Shown here in pieces: positions 39,045 to 48,964 of a DNA stretch of 64,000 nucleotides; positions within the stretch are counted from its first letter, which is position 1; each line of letters opens with the position of its first letter. The position numbers and the translations under genes are program-made. The stretch spans positions 2,032-66,031 of the forward strand of contig JAHFOB010000002.1 of NCBI GenBank assembly GCA_023267045.1, given 5' to 3'. The notes under the pieces are model-generated. The model ran no database searches and had not been told where the DNA came from. It saw only the letters and a list, made by a program, of their open reading frames with translations. The DNA comes from Candidatus Zambryskiibacteriota bacterium (GTDB lineage: Bacteria > Patescibacteriota > Minisyncoccia > Phycocordibacterales > DATDWN01).

Positions 39045-41744
39045 ATGAATATGAAAAAAAACGAAGAAAAAATCATAGTTAAGGGCGCTCGAACCCACAA
39101 TCTGAAAAACATCACGGTAGAAATGCCACGTAATAAAATGGTCGTTTTTACAGGACTTTCAGGTTCTGGTAAGTCCTCTCTAGCTTTTGACACTATTTTT
39201 GCTGAAGGCCAACGTAGATACGTTGAGTCATTATCTTCATACGCTAGACAGTTCTTGCGCCAAATGCAAAAACCAGACGTCGATGAGATCGCCGGACTTT
39301 CTCCAGCAATTTCTATTGACCAAAAGTCTCGATCAAATAATCCAAGATCGACGGTTGCAACTATCACCGAGATTTATGACTATCTTCGAATATTATATTC
39401 ACGTATTGGTCATCCACACTGTCTGGTCTGTGGAGATGAAATAACAAAACTTTCAAACGAAGAAATAAAAAACTTCATTTTAGAGAAGATAGAAAATAGA
39501 AGATTAAATTCAAAAGAAGGAATTAAACCAAAAATTCCTCTACCAGTATATGTGGAGATCTTTGCTCCAGTGGTCAAGGGTCGGAAGGGTGAGTATTACC
39601 AGCTTCTTTATGATCTTTTAGGAAAAGGATTTTCACATATTTTGGTTGATGGTGTTCGCAAGTCACTCCGCGAGAGGATCGAACTTTCTAAAACAACTCG
39701 TCACAGTATCGATGTCCTCGTTGACTCGATTTCTCTTTTAGACTTTAATTCTGATCCGAAAAGTGCTGAAGAAAGACTGTCAGAAGATTTGGAAAAAGCT
39801 TTGCACGAATCCGATGGTCAAGTAAAGATTATTTTCCGGGACTTAGCAGAAGAAGGTCGGCAACCGCCGAAGGCGAGCAGTGGTCGTATGACCAACGAAT
39901 TTTTCATGTCCTCAAAACTTTCTTGTCCAAAGGATGGTTATTCCTATCCAGAAGTTGAACCACGACTTTTTTCTTTCAACTCTCCGTACGGTGCCTGTCC
40001 AGAATGTAATGGTTTGGGGACACGGCACTTTTTTGGAAGTGAACCGTGTCCAAAGTGCCACGGTGCCAGACTTCGAGAAGAGGCTCTACATGTGACCCTT
40101 GGAGATTCAACTCCAAGGAGTCATGCCGAAAGTAATTCTGAGGCATCAAAAAGAAAAGGAGAAAATATTGTGGATTTAACAGCTATGTCGATTAAAGACG
40201 TCTACGATTTTTTTCAGAAAGTAAAACTAACCGAGCGTGAGAAAAATATTTCTAAAGTAGTGATGAAAGAAATAGAATCAAGACTAATTTTCATGATAAA
40301 TGTCGGTATTGAATATTTGTCGCTCAATCGTCGAGCTCATACTCTCTCTGGTGGAGAAGCACAGAGAATTCGTCTTGCTTCACAACTTGGTTCAGGTCTT
40401 GTTGGCGCGCTGTATGTTCTAGATGAGCCTACGATCGGACTTCACTCACGCGATAACGACCGTCTGATCAAAACACTTTTAAATCTACGCGATCTAGGAA
40501 ACACCATAATCGTCGTGGAACATGATGAAGATACGATTTTTGCTTCGGATTATTTGGTTGATATTGGTCCAGGTGCTGGTGTTCATGGTGGATACGTTGT
40601 TGTTTCAGGAGATTTGGATGAACTGATCACTGCAAAGAAAAATACATCTGGTTCAGTGACGTTGGACTATTTGCGAGGTGACAAAGTTCTCGAAGTTCCA
40701 CAGGAGAGACGAGAAAGCGAAAAAGGTCAGTTGCAGATTAGGGGCGGAAAAATATTTAATATAAAAAACATGAACGTTGATATTCCACTCGGGCGATTTA
40801 TTGCTGTGACTGGAGTGTCAGGTTCTGGTAAATCATCTTTTGTTTACGAAATTTTGCACAGAAATTTGCAAGCTCGTTTTGAGAGAAAATATCGATCAGC
40901 CGAAATTTATAATTGTAAATCGTTTGCTGGCACAGAATATTTGGGTCGAGCAATACTGATAGATCAGTCACCGATCGGACGAACTCCACGCTCAAATCCA
41001 GCGACATACACGGGCTCATGGACTTTTATTCGAGATTTGTTTGCTGAAACTGTAGAGGCTCGTGCTCGTGGTTGGAAGTCAAACAGATTTTCTTTCAACG
41101 TCAAAGGTGGTCGATGCGAAACCTGCCAAGGAAACGGAATGATCGAAGTTGAAATGCACTTTTTGCCGACTGTTTATGTGCCTTGCGATGTCTGCAAAGG
41201 CAAGCGGTTTATGAAAGAAACCCTCGAAGTTCATTACAAAAAGAAAAATATTTATGATGTTTTGAAAATGACAGTTGAAGAAGCGCTGGCGTTTTTTGAA
41301 GATATTCCTGCTGTATCCGATCGTCTTAAATCCCTAGACGATGTAGGTCTGGGCTATCTCGAACTTGGCCAGTCAGCCACAACTCTTTCTGGTGGAGAAG
41401 CTCAACGTGTTAAAATATCTTCGGAACTATATCGACCACATTTGCAAAAAACTATCTACCTTTTGGACGAGCCGACTATTGGACTTCACTACGAAGACGT
41501 CAAAAAGTTAATCGAGATTTTGCAAAAACTTGTTGATAAAGGTAATACCGTTGTTGTTATTGAACACAACATGGATATTATAAAATCCACTGACTATATT
41601 TTAGACATCGGTCCAGAAGGTGGTGACGGAGGTGGTCAGCTCGTTGCAAAAGGAACGCCAGAAGAGATAGCAAATAATGATCGGTCATATACCGGCAAGT
41701 ATCTAAAGAAGGCACTTAAACAATACAGGGCTTATAGGAAGTAA
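39045..41744 (+). CDS. uvrA: excinuclease ABC subunit A
   Basis: [27 protein letters not shown] twice, Zn fingers; start set at 39045 (or 39051). Confidence 0.97.
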   Translation: MNMKKNEEKIIVKGARTHNLKNITVEMPRNKMVVFTGLSGSGKSSLAFDTIFAEGQRRYVESLSSYARQFLRQMQKPDVDEIAGLSPAISIDQKSRSNNPRSTVATITEIYDYLRILYSRIGHPHCLVCGDEITKLSNEEIKNFILEKIENRRLNSKEGIKPKIPLPVYVEIFAPVVKGRKGEYYQLLYDLLGKGFSHILVDGVRKSLRERIELSKTTRHSIDVLVDSISLLDFNSDPKSAEERLSEDLEKALHESDGQVKIIFRDLAEEGRQPPKASSGRMTNEFFMSSKLSCPKDGYSYPEVEPRLFSFNSPYGACPECNGLGTRHFFGSEPCPKCHGARLREEALHVTLGDSTPRSHAESNSEASKRKGENIVDLTAMSIKDVYDFFQKVKLTEREKNISKVVMKEIESRLIFMINVGIEYLSLNRRAHTLSGGEAQRIRLASQLGSGLVGALYVLDEPTIGLHSRDNDRLIKTLLNLRDLGNTIIVVEHDEDTIFASDYLVDIGPGAGVHGGYVVVSGDLDELITAKKNTSGSVTLDYLRGDKVLEVPQERRESEKGQLQIRGGKIFNIKNMNVDIPLGRFIAVTGVSGSGKSSFVYEILHRNLQARFERKYRSAEIYNCKSFAGTEYLGRAILIDQSPIGRTPRSNPATYTGSWTFIRDLFAETVEARARGWKSNRFSFNVKGGRCETCQGNGMIEVEMHFLPTVYVPCDVCKGKRFMKETLEVHYKKKNIYDVLKMTVEEALAFFEDIPAVSDRLKSLDDVGLGYLELGQSATTLSGGEAQRVKISSELYRPHLQKTIYLLDEPTIGLHYEDVKKLIEILQKLVDKGNTVVVIEHNMDIIKSTDYILDIGPEGGDGGGQLVAKGTPEEIANNDRSYTGKYLKKALKQYRAYRK

Positions 41745-41942
41745 AGTTTCTTTTTCCTGATGATTTTTTCTAGTAACAGAATAATTTCTTGTTAGAAATT
41801 TTCTTTCTTCCTTACAGGAACTGTACACCTTTCGCATTCTGATTACAGAACGCTCAAGGTCTTGCGAAGTGATAACATCACTTCTCACTCACTTTCACAG
41901 GTTCCGCAGATACTAGAAAAAATCATAAGTCAACGAAACTTT
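41743..41942. repeat. structured intergenic repeat copy C with ~75-bp internal expansion
   Basis: AAAGTTTC..TGATTTTTTCTAGTAACAGAATAATTTC...CACAGGTTCCGCAGATACTAGAAAAAATCA..GAAACTTT. Confidence 0.88.
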
Positions 41943-41995
41943 AAAATGTTGTTTGTAATTTTGTGTAAAAGAAAACGGCGCCGATTTCTCGGCGC

Positions 41996-42214
41996 CTAGC
42001 AAACACGTGATGAGATTACTTCCCAATGCAGATTAACCGCTTCAACTCCTGACCAGTTGTATTCCTCAAGCTCGTCTTCAAGGATATCAGCAACTGTCTT
42101 GAAAGTTATTTTATCGGAAGAATGTACACAGGGAAGATATAATTCTTCTGGCCCAATGTTTTTCAAGACATTACCTCTCAAATCCGTGTAGATCATTTTC
42201 AGAAGAATTGGCAT
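41996..42214 (-). CDS. hypothetical protein
   Basis: 72 aa, GAGGT SD, GGCGCCGA/TCGGCGCC hairpin at stop. Confidence 0.55.
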   Translation of the reverse strand: MPILLKMIYTDLRGNVLKNIGPEELYLPCVHSSDKITFKTVADILEDELEEYNWSGVEAVNLHWEVISSRVC

Positions 42215-42246
42215 CAGTACCTCTATACTAATGATACAAAAATCAA

Positions 42247-43611
42247 ATGGATAATCAAGCCAAAAAAATATTAGCTAAATTACCAGATACTCCCGGGGTG
42301 TATATTTTTAAACATGCCGATAAAATTCTCTACATAGGCAAAGCCACATCTCTTCGCGATCGAGTCCGTAGCTATATGTCAAAGGGCACCTTTGACAGTA
42401 GAGGTCCGCTCATTACAAAAATGCTGGGAGAGTTTGACAATATTGAACATATTAAAACTGATTCTGTTTTGGAGGCACTTGTTTTAGAAGCTAGTCTTAT
42501 AAAAAAATATCAGCCCGAAGCAAATATAAAAGAAAAAGATAATAAAAGTTTTAATTTTGTTGTTATTACAAAAGAGGATTTTCCAAGAGTTTTGATTGTT
42601 CGTGGAAGGGAATTAATGGACTCAAATGTTAATACTTCATCTCTTTCGATATATCGAAAGAGATTAAATTCTACCGATTTTAAAATTCAATATTCGTTCG
42701 GACCATTTCCAAATGGAAACCAACTCAAAGAAGCTATGAAGATTGTTCGTAAAATGTTCCCTTTTCGCGATAAGTGTATTCCTTGTATTATTCAGCGTCA
42801 GTCTGTGAAAAGTCTGCATAAGTCTGCGACTTGCCGACCTTGCTTTAGTAGGCAAGTAGGTTTGTGTCCTGGAGTTTGTACTGGGGAGATTTCAAAAGAA
42901 GAATATGCCGAGCGAGTAAAAAACATCATTTTATTTTTTGAAGGAAATAAAAAGAAATTAATGAAGAACCTTGAGAAACAAATGCAAAGTTTCGCAAAAG
43001 ATAAACATTTTGAAGAAGCAAACATTGCTAAACGTACATTATTTACACTAAACCATATTCAAGATATATCACTCTTAAAAGATGATATCAGCCATGGCGT
43101 ATATCCCCTTGATGGCCGTCTTCAAGGGGGATCTCAAGTGAGACAAGTGGGAATTAGGATTGAAAGTTATGATATCGCTCATATGTCTGGTCAAAATGTT
43201 GTTGGTGTTATGACGGTGGTGGAGGGTGGGGAAGTTAAAAAGTCTGATTATAGAAAGTTCAAAATCAAGAATGATCCTGGAGTAAACGACACAAAAGCGT
43301 TGTCAGAAGTTTTGGAAAGACGACTGGCACATATTGAGTGGAAATTTCCGGATCTTATTGTTGTGGATGGTGGTATTGCACAAAAAAATGTCGTGGAAAA
43401 AATTCTTTCAAAAAATAATCTTAAAATCCTAGTCGTTTCAGTTGTAAAAGACGAGCGACATAGACCACGAGAAATTATTGGTGATCGTTCGATTGCACTG
43501 ACGACAGGCAAAAAGTGGTCTGAAATTGAAAAAGAGATTCTACTTTCGAACGCCGAAGCGCATCGATATGGTATCGCCTTTCATAAACAGCTTCGTGGAA
43601 AGATAAAATAA
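42247..43611 (+). CDS. uvrC: excinuclease ABC subunit C (short form without C-terminal HhH)
   Basis: PGVY..YIGKA..LRDRV.SY GIY-YIG; RIESYDIAH, PDLIVVDGG, EAHR. Confidence 0.92.
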   Translation: MDNQAKKILAKLPDTPGVYIFKHADKILYIGKATSLRDRVRSYMSKGTFDSRGPLITKMLGEFDNIEHIKTDSVLEALVLEASLIKKYQPEANIKEKDNKSFNFVVITKEDFPRVLIVRGRELMDSNVNTSSLSIYRKRLNSTDFKIQYSFGPFPNGNQLKEAMKIVRKMFPFRDKCIPCIIQRQSVKSLHKSATCRPCFSRQVGLCPGVCTGEISKEEYAERVKNIILFFEGNKKKLMKNLEKQMQSFAKDKHFEEANIAKRTLFTLNHIQDISLLKDDISHGVYPLDGRLQGGSQVRQVGIRIESYDIAHMSGQNVVGVMTVVEGGEVKKSDYRKFKIKNDPGVNDTKALSEVLERRLAHIEWKFPDLIVVDGGIAQKNVVEKILSKNNLKILVVSVVKDERHRPREIIGDRSIALTTGKKWSEIEKEILLSNAEAHRYGIAFHKQLRGKIK

Positions 43612-43661
43612 ATCTTTCTCGACTTTTCGACATTGTGAGTGTACGGATGTATAATATTTCT

Positions 43662-44645
43662 ATGAATAATTTGTCTCGCTCTCTTCACATCGGTGTTATA
43701 CGAGGTGGACCATCTTCAGAATATGAAGTTTCGCTACAAACCGGTGGAAATGTTTTGAAAACTCTTTCAGAAACTCACAGTCCTGTAGATATTTTTATTT
43801 CTCGCGATGGTAAATGGCATATAAACGGTGTTGAGAGATCTCCGGAGAGAATTTTGAAAAATATCGACGTGGTTTTCAATGCTTTGCACGGAGAGTATGG
43901 TGAGGACGGTGGAGTTCAGGAAATTTTAGTTCATCACGGCGTGCCATTTACAGGTTCAGAAAGATATCCGTCGGCTATTGCAATGAACAAGTGGATGACA
44001 AAAGAACGTGCCAAAGCTATCGGTATAAAAACACCATTGGCAATGCTCGTTAGAAGGGAAGATTCTATAAATGAAAAAGCCAGAGAAATTTGGAGTGCAA
44101 TGCCACATCCTTTTATAGTTAAACCGACTTGTGGAGGATCATCCATCGGAGTATATATTGCAAATACTTTCAAAGAACTAGTTTCTTCACTTGAAAAAGT
44201 TTTAGAAATTCATGGTTCAGCTGTTGTTGAGGAGTATATTACTGGCAAAGAAGCGACATGCGGAGTAATAGATAATTTCCGTGAGCAGAAACTCTACGCT
44301 CTGCCGGTAGTAGAAATAATTCCACCAAAGAAAAGTAAATTTTTTGATAATGAATCAAAATACAATGGCCAAAGTAGGGAAGTTTGTCCTGGCAATTTTA
44401 GTGCAGAGGAAAAAACAGAAATGGAGAAAATCTCCAAAGAAATTCACGAAGTTCTCGGCCTTCGACACTATTCACGATCTGATTTCATCGTCTCACCTCG
44501 TCGCGGGATTTATTTTCTAGAAGTTAACACTCTTCCCGGTTTGACAAAAGAATCTCTTTTACCAAAATCTCTCCAAGCTGTAGGGGTATCTTTTATTGAT
44601 TTTATACATCACGTTTTAGGTTTGGCATTGAATAGAAACAATTAA
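43662..44645 (+). CDS. ddl: D-alanine--D-alanine ligase
   Basis: GGPSSEYEVS, LHGEYGEDG, VKP..GGSS.G, LEVNTLPG. Confidence 0.95.
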   Translation: MNNLSRSLHIGVIRGGPSSEYEVSLQTGGNVLKTLSETHSPVDIFISRDGKWHINGVERSPERILKNIDVVFNALHGEYGEDGGVQEILVHHGVPFTGSERYPSAIAMNKWMTKERAKAIGIKTPLAMLVRREDSINEKAREIWSAMPHPFIVKPTCGGSSIGVYIANTFKELVSSLEKVLEIHGSAVVEEYITGKEATCGVIDNFREQKLYALPVVEIIPPKKSKFFDNESKYNGQSREVCPGNFSAEEKTEMEKISKEIHEVLGLRHYSRSDFIVSPRRGIYFLEVNTLPGLTKESLLPKSLQAVGVSFIDFIHHVLGLALNRNN

Positions 44646-44692
44646 TTGTTTAATTATTGACTTTTTGCTAGTCTTACTTCGGGAGGCTTAAA

Positions 44693-45007
44693 ATGCCTGA
44701 GCACAGGATTGCTATTGCTGAAGACATGGAACGGGATAAATCCAAGTTTCTCAAGTTACTTGAGAAACATGCTGTAGTGTGTCAGTATGATGGGCCGGAG
44801 GAATACATTCGATTTGTACTCGGCAAGTTCACCGACATTGATGTTGTCATTGCTCAACTCAAAGCGGAAGGGGTTTCGTTTGAAGAAGCTTACAACAAGT
44901 CCATGGTCTGGCCGAAGTTAACACCAGCTCCACCTAAGCTAAAGCCGACTCCGCCCAGAAGTTCTTGGTTCTCTAGATTTTTCGGCGCCTTTCATCTTCA
45001 CCGATGA
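44693..45007 (+). CDS. hypothetical protein
   Basis: 104 aa with GGGAGG SD and hairpin at stop. Confidence 0.6.
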   Translation: MPEHRIAIAEDMERDKSKFLKLLEKHAVVCQYDGPEEYIRFVLGKFTDIDVVIAQLKAEGVSFEEAYNKSMVWPKLTPAPPKLKPTPPRSSWFSRFFGAFHLHR

Positions 45008-45054
45008 AAGGCGCTTGTCGTTTATCAAAATTTTTGTTATTATTTTTCTCGATT

Positions 45055-45093
45055 GGGCCCTTAGCTCATCTGGTAGAGCACCTCATTTGCAAT
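45055..45093 (+). tRNA. 5' half of interrupted tRNA-Ala(TGC) (attL)
   Basis: GGGCCCT-TA-GCTC..GAGC-A-CCTCA-TTTGCAAT, then non-tRNA sequence. Confidence 0.92.
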
Positions 45094-45276
45094 AAATAGG
45101 TCTACCCCTTATTAATCAAATATCCCTTAGAATAAGGATAAAATTGATGTAAAACAGTCGACAAGACCACTTCTCTCACAAAACAGGTCACCGGCTCATT
45201 GAATTCATGTTGTTTTGACTCGTGTATTTTGACCAGGAATCCAATGAAATAATAACAACGGTAGGTTGTTATTATT

Positions 45277-46176
45277 ATGAATATACAAATATTGGCTCAG
45301 AAATTTTACGACTATTCATTGTATATGCGTGGTCGCAGACCAGCAACAATTAGACGATATAGACAGGCAATCAACTTGTACTCCAGACTGGCAGGAGTTT
45401 CAGAAATAGAACAAGTGACGGAAGACAATGTAAGACAATTCTTTTTTAATGGAAGAACTAAACGCAACTGGAAACCAAATTCGTTTATTTGTTTCTATCA
45501 TTCTCTGTTAGTATTTTTCAAATGGTGTCTGAATGAAAAGTATCTGACAAAAAATCCAATTGATGATCTTGAAATACCAAAGGTAGAAAAACGGTTGCCG
45601 GCCTGCCTTACCAAGCAGGATGCTTTCAAACTCATTGAAGTTGTTTATAACTATCCGTACGATTATAAATATTTGCGATACAGAAACCATGCTATATTTT
45701 CAACTTTTATTTTCTCTGGTTTAAGAAAGAAAGAGTTGTTGAAATTAAAATATACTGATATTGACCTGGAGAATCTAAGTATATTTGTTAATCAGGGCAA
45801 GGGTGGTAAAGATCGAATAATACCGATATGTAGCACTTTGGCCCAGAGCTTAAAACGTTACTTGGAGGAACGCAAACGACTCAACAAAACATGTCCAGAA
45901 TTCTTTGCATCTCTGAACCGAAATTGTGGATTTACTGATATGGGGCTCCGGGGGTTAGTCTTTAAGATAAGAAAGGCGTCTGGTATAAAATTCACAATTC
46001 ATAAACTCCGACACACCTTTGCAACATTAATGTTGGAAGGTGGTTGCGATATTTTTAGTTTGTCTAAAATGATGGGTCACAGTGACATCAAGACCACAAC
46101 AATTTATCTCTCAGCCAGTGCTAATCATTTAAGGTCGCAGATGATTAAACACCCGTTGAATGATTTGGTAACCTAG
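45277..46176 (+). CDS. tyrosine recombinase/integrase (XerC/D-like) 1
   Basis: SGLRKKE, GKGGKDR, HKLRHTFAT, MGHSDIKTTTIY. Confidence 0.95.
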   Translation: MNIQILAQKFYDYSLYMRGRRPATIRRYRQAINLYSRLAGVSEIEQVTEDNVRQFFFNGRTKRNWKPNSFICFYHSLLVFFKWCLNEKYLTKNPIDDLEIPKVEKRLPACLTKQDAFKLIEVVYNYPYDYKYLRYRNHAIFSTFIFSGLRKKELLKLKYTDIDLENLSIFVNQGKGGKDRIIPICSTLAQSLKRYLEERKRLNKTCPEFFASLNRNCGFTDMGLRGLVFKIRKASGIKFTIHKLRHTFATLMLEGGCDIFSLSKMMGHSDIKTTTIYLSASANHLRSQMIKHPLNDLVT

Positions 46177-46192
46177 CTGTCTACTGTTTCTG

Positions 46193-46265
46193 TGGACCCT
46201 GCCGGATTCGGACCGGCGACCTCCGCATTGCAAATGCGGCGCTCTACCAACTAAGCTAAGGGCCC
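46193..46265 (-). tRNA. tRNA-Ala(TGC), intact, element-borne
   Basis: Reverse complement GGGCCCTTAGCTTAGTTGGTAGAGCGCCGCA-TTTGCAA-TGCGGAGGTCGCCGGTCCGAATCCGGCAGGGTCCA. Confidence 0.95.
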
Positions 46266-46364
46266 TTCTTTCAGGACAAACTATAGCAGAATTACATGAA
46301 TTAAGCAAAATGAAAATTTTTACTTAATGCTTAAATATAATTCTATTTTGATAGTATCACTTAA

Positions 46365-46532
46365 TTAATTTTTGTCTTTATGGATTTTGATATACTTCTC
46401 AGTTTCTTCAAAGAGAATATCAAATGCCTTTTGTACTTTACGTTCCTGTTCTGCTTTTTCTTCCGGTGTCTTTGGCTCGACGTAGGTATACGTGATCTTT
46501 AGTCCGTCTGTTTTTGAGGTTCCTTTTTTCAT
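46365..46532 (-). CDS. small hypothetical protein (55 aa)
   Basis: MKKGTSKTDGLKITYTYVEPKTPEEKAEQERKVQKAFDILFEE... Confidence 0.55.
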   Translation of the reverse strand: MKKGTSKTDGLKITYTYVEPKTPEEKAEQERKVQKAFDILFEETEKYIKIHKDKN

Positions 46533-46560
46533 AGACTGTTAAAGCTTGTAATGGCACCCA

Positions 46561-46974
46561 TCATGGATACACTGTTTTGTTTGGCCGCTCCAGGAGGTGC
46601 GGATTTTTAGTAATCATCTCGTTATAGATGGCCATATCCCGGTCGCAATTCTGTGCAAAGTGGCGTTGAATCTCTGCGGGTCCCATATCCTCTCCGCTAC
46701 CGGCCCCCGCTCCGTATTGCATGTAGTAGCTCAAAGTAATGATGGCGAGGTCCCAATCGATGCCATTTGCGGCGGGACACTCCGGAACTGTGCTCTCGAG
46801 TGCATACGAGTAGAAATAAACCGGTAGTATCACCCCGCTTGACTCCTCATCCGGGCTTGGTGATTCATTGGCTCGGGAGAGAGTTTCTGGAATAGACCCA
46901 TGTTTGAGAAGCAGGGTGCCAGCAACAAGTGCCACCGCAATAACCGCTATGAGAATGTAGGGGGCTTTGTTCAT
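46561..46974 (-). CDS. membrane-anchored hypothetical protein, GC-rich
   Basis: N-terminal TM; GC higher than neighbours. Confidence 0.6.
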   Translation of the reverse strand: MNKAPYILIAVIAVALVAGTLLLKHGSIPETLSRANESPSPDEESSGVILPVYFYSYALESTVPECPAANGIDWDLAIITLSYYMQYGAGAGSGEDMGPAEIQRHFAQNCDRDMAIYNEMITKNPHLLERPNKTVYP

Positions 46975-46978
46975 GTTT

Positions 46979-47872
46979 TTATTTTTTGTATGCTGTTTTA
47001 TTATATTTTAATCTTATGGCCTTAAGCATTGATTCTGATTCGCCAATTATTCTTTCTGACGAATGAGTGATGGTACGATAATTCATTCTCTCCATCATTT
47101 CACTGTCTACTCCAATATATGAATCACGTTCAAGTATCCAACCAGCAAGAAGTAATCGATTCTTCGATAACGGCAAAGTCACATCAACATCTTTATATGC
47201 AAATCCCGGGAGACTCCCAAATGCATTTGGACCATATTTTTTAATTGCCTCTGGTCTTAACAAGACAATTGGATCATCAGATGTCACATAGCCTCCACTT
47301 GGGGATTCCCATATAGACCATTTCATATCAAATATTATTTGAGAGAGATGTGGAAGTTGGGCGAGGATACTCAATGCATGTTCTTCTTTGTAGTTCTCTA
47401 AATATTCTTCAATATCGCTCATGTGAATCGCTTTACCACTGCTTGGGGTTGCGGCTGCAATTCGCCTTGCTTCTGGGTTATCTTCGTATCGTTGTCTCCA
47501 TTCCTCCATACTTTTTTTCATGGATAAAACCATGCGATGCATACTCTCCCTATGTGGTCTTGTTCTAAGAAAAAGTGCTGCAATAAATACAGAAACTTTT
47601 GCTCGTTCTTCATCTGTCAGAAACAAATTTTTTGTTATCTTTTTTTCAAATATGGCCGCATAAGTACCCTCGATATTGGCTAATGTATCTTCAACAAATA
47701 AACTCTTATCACCGTTCTTTAATGTGACGGTATAGAAATGGCTTTCTACCAGAATGTTCTCGGGTTTTGTTTTGAAAATATTATCCTTCGTATCAAGCAC
47801 CCAAACGAAACCATCACTGTCAGTGAAATTTTGTAGGTAGCATCTTGGTATTGTGTGGTGACGTTTTTTCAT
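46979..47872 (-). CDS. DUF4238 domain protein
   Basis: HHTIPRCYLQNF start, FY, LRT, TSDDP, LPLS. Confidence 0.85.
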   Translation of the reverse strand: MKKRHHTIPRCYLQNFTDSDGFVWVLDTKDNIFKTKPENILVESHFYTVTLKNGDKSLFVEDTLANIEGTYAAIFEKKITKNLFLTDEERAKVSVFIAALFLRTRPHRESMHRMVLSMKKSMEEWRQRYEDNPEARRIAAATPSSGKAIHMSDIEEYLENYKEEHALSILAQLPHLSQIIFDMKWSIWESPSGGYVTSDDPIVLLRPEAIKKYGPNAFGSLPGFAYKDVDVTLPLSKNRLLLAGWILERDSYIGVDSEMMERMNYRTITHSSERIIGESESMLKAIRLKYNKTAYKK

Positions 47873-48035
47873 ATAATTGAGATCATTTTACACTAAAATA
47901 GACCTCATTTAAGGTTACCAAAATATCATTGACAGTATAGGTAAAAAGGTGTATAATTGTCAGCAGAAATTACCGTTCTCGTGAGTTATTCCGAGGACTA
48001 GAATCCCGTAACGATCTTTCACAAGGAGTAAGGAA

Positions 48036-48887
48036 ATGAAGATTCTCGCAGAAGCTGATACGGCACAGGTTCTTACTGGTCTGTTCCATCAGATCGGTGA
48101 CCAGAACTGCTACGTCGTGCAGATGGAACAAAGACGAGACACGTACGATACGTTGCAAAACGTGTCAGGACTCGACCTCGTTCTCAACGTCGCTCCGGAA
48201 GGTACACCCGTCGTCATGCTTGGATGGATGACGCCGAAAATGTATACCGACCTCAAGCCACAGGAGTGGTTCGCAGCGATGGGCTACCCGAACGTGATGT
48301 TCCGTCGCCTACCGGCAACACTGGAAGACGTTGTGAGTGCGCTTGAAGAAGTGAAGATTGGCAGTCGCCAGTCAGATCCTCTTGCAATTGCACTTCTCGG
48401 CGTCGATCAGATGAACTCGACTGTCAGAGTCCTTAACCACGATCTTTTGTCCGCTGAACGAGATTCAGAGCGGATGATTCGATGGGTTGAGCGAGCTCGG
48501 GCAGCATTCGGCGACAAGCCCCAAGCCGAACTGATTTCCTTGGTGAAAGATGCCGGGAAATTGGGAGGTCTTCCTGGTCCACTCACGGGTCAAATGTTCC
48601 CTGATGTCTGCGTGGATGTCGAGGGGACACTTCTGGTCGACGGGCAGATTCGTTCCGAAGTTATCGCTTTGGCACAAGAGAAAGCGAACGGCGGACCGAT
48701 CACTGTTTGGACTGGTGGGAACATCTACGACCTTACCAAGCAACTTCGTGGTTTGGGAGTGACCCACAAGATTACCTCCAAGCACACCATGAAGGATGCG
48801 ACTGTTCGAGTGGTGATCGACGACCAGCCGGAAGAAGCGTTCAAGAGCAACTACGGCGTCGGTTACGAAAAGTACATTCAGATCTAG
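48036..48887 (+). CDS. hypothetical protein with C-terminal HAD-like motifs, GC-rich
   Basis: VDVEGTL, VWTGG, VIDD; own TTGACA/TATAAT promoter and terminator. Confidence 0.65.
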   Translation: MKILAEADTAQVLTGLFHQIGDQNCYVVQMEQRRDTYDTLQNVSGLDLVLNVAPEGTPVVMLGWMTPKMYTDLKPQEWFAAMGYPNVMFRRLPATLEDVVSALEEVKIGSRQSDPLAIALLGVDQMNSTVRVLNHDLLSAERDSERMIRWVERARAAFGDKPQAELISLVKDAGKLGGLPGPLTGQMFPDVCVDVEGTLLVDGQIRSEVIALAQEKANGGPITVWTGGNIYDLTKQLRGLGVTHKITSKHTMKDATVRVVIDDQPEEAFKSNYGVGYEKYIQI

Positions 48888-48964
48888 TGTCTGCACTTAG
48901 TAGACACAAAAAGAAAGGAGAAAACACAAAGCCCCAAGCAAACACGCTGGGGCTTTTTCAATTA

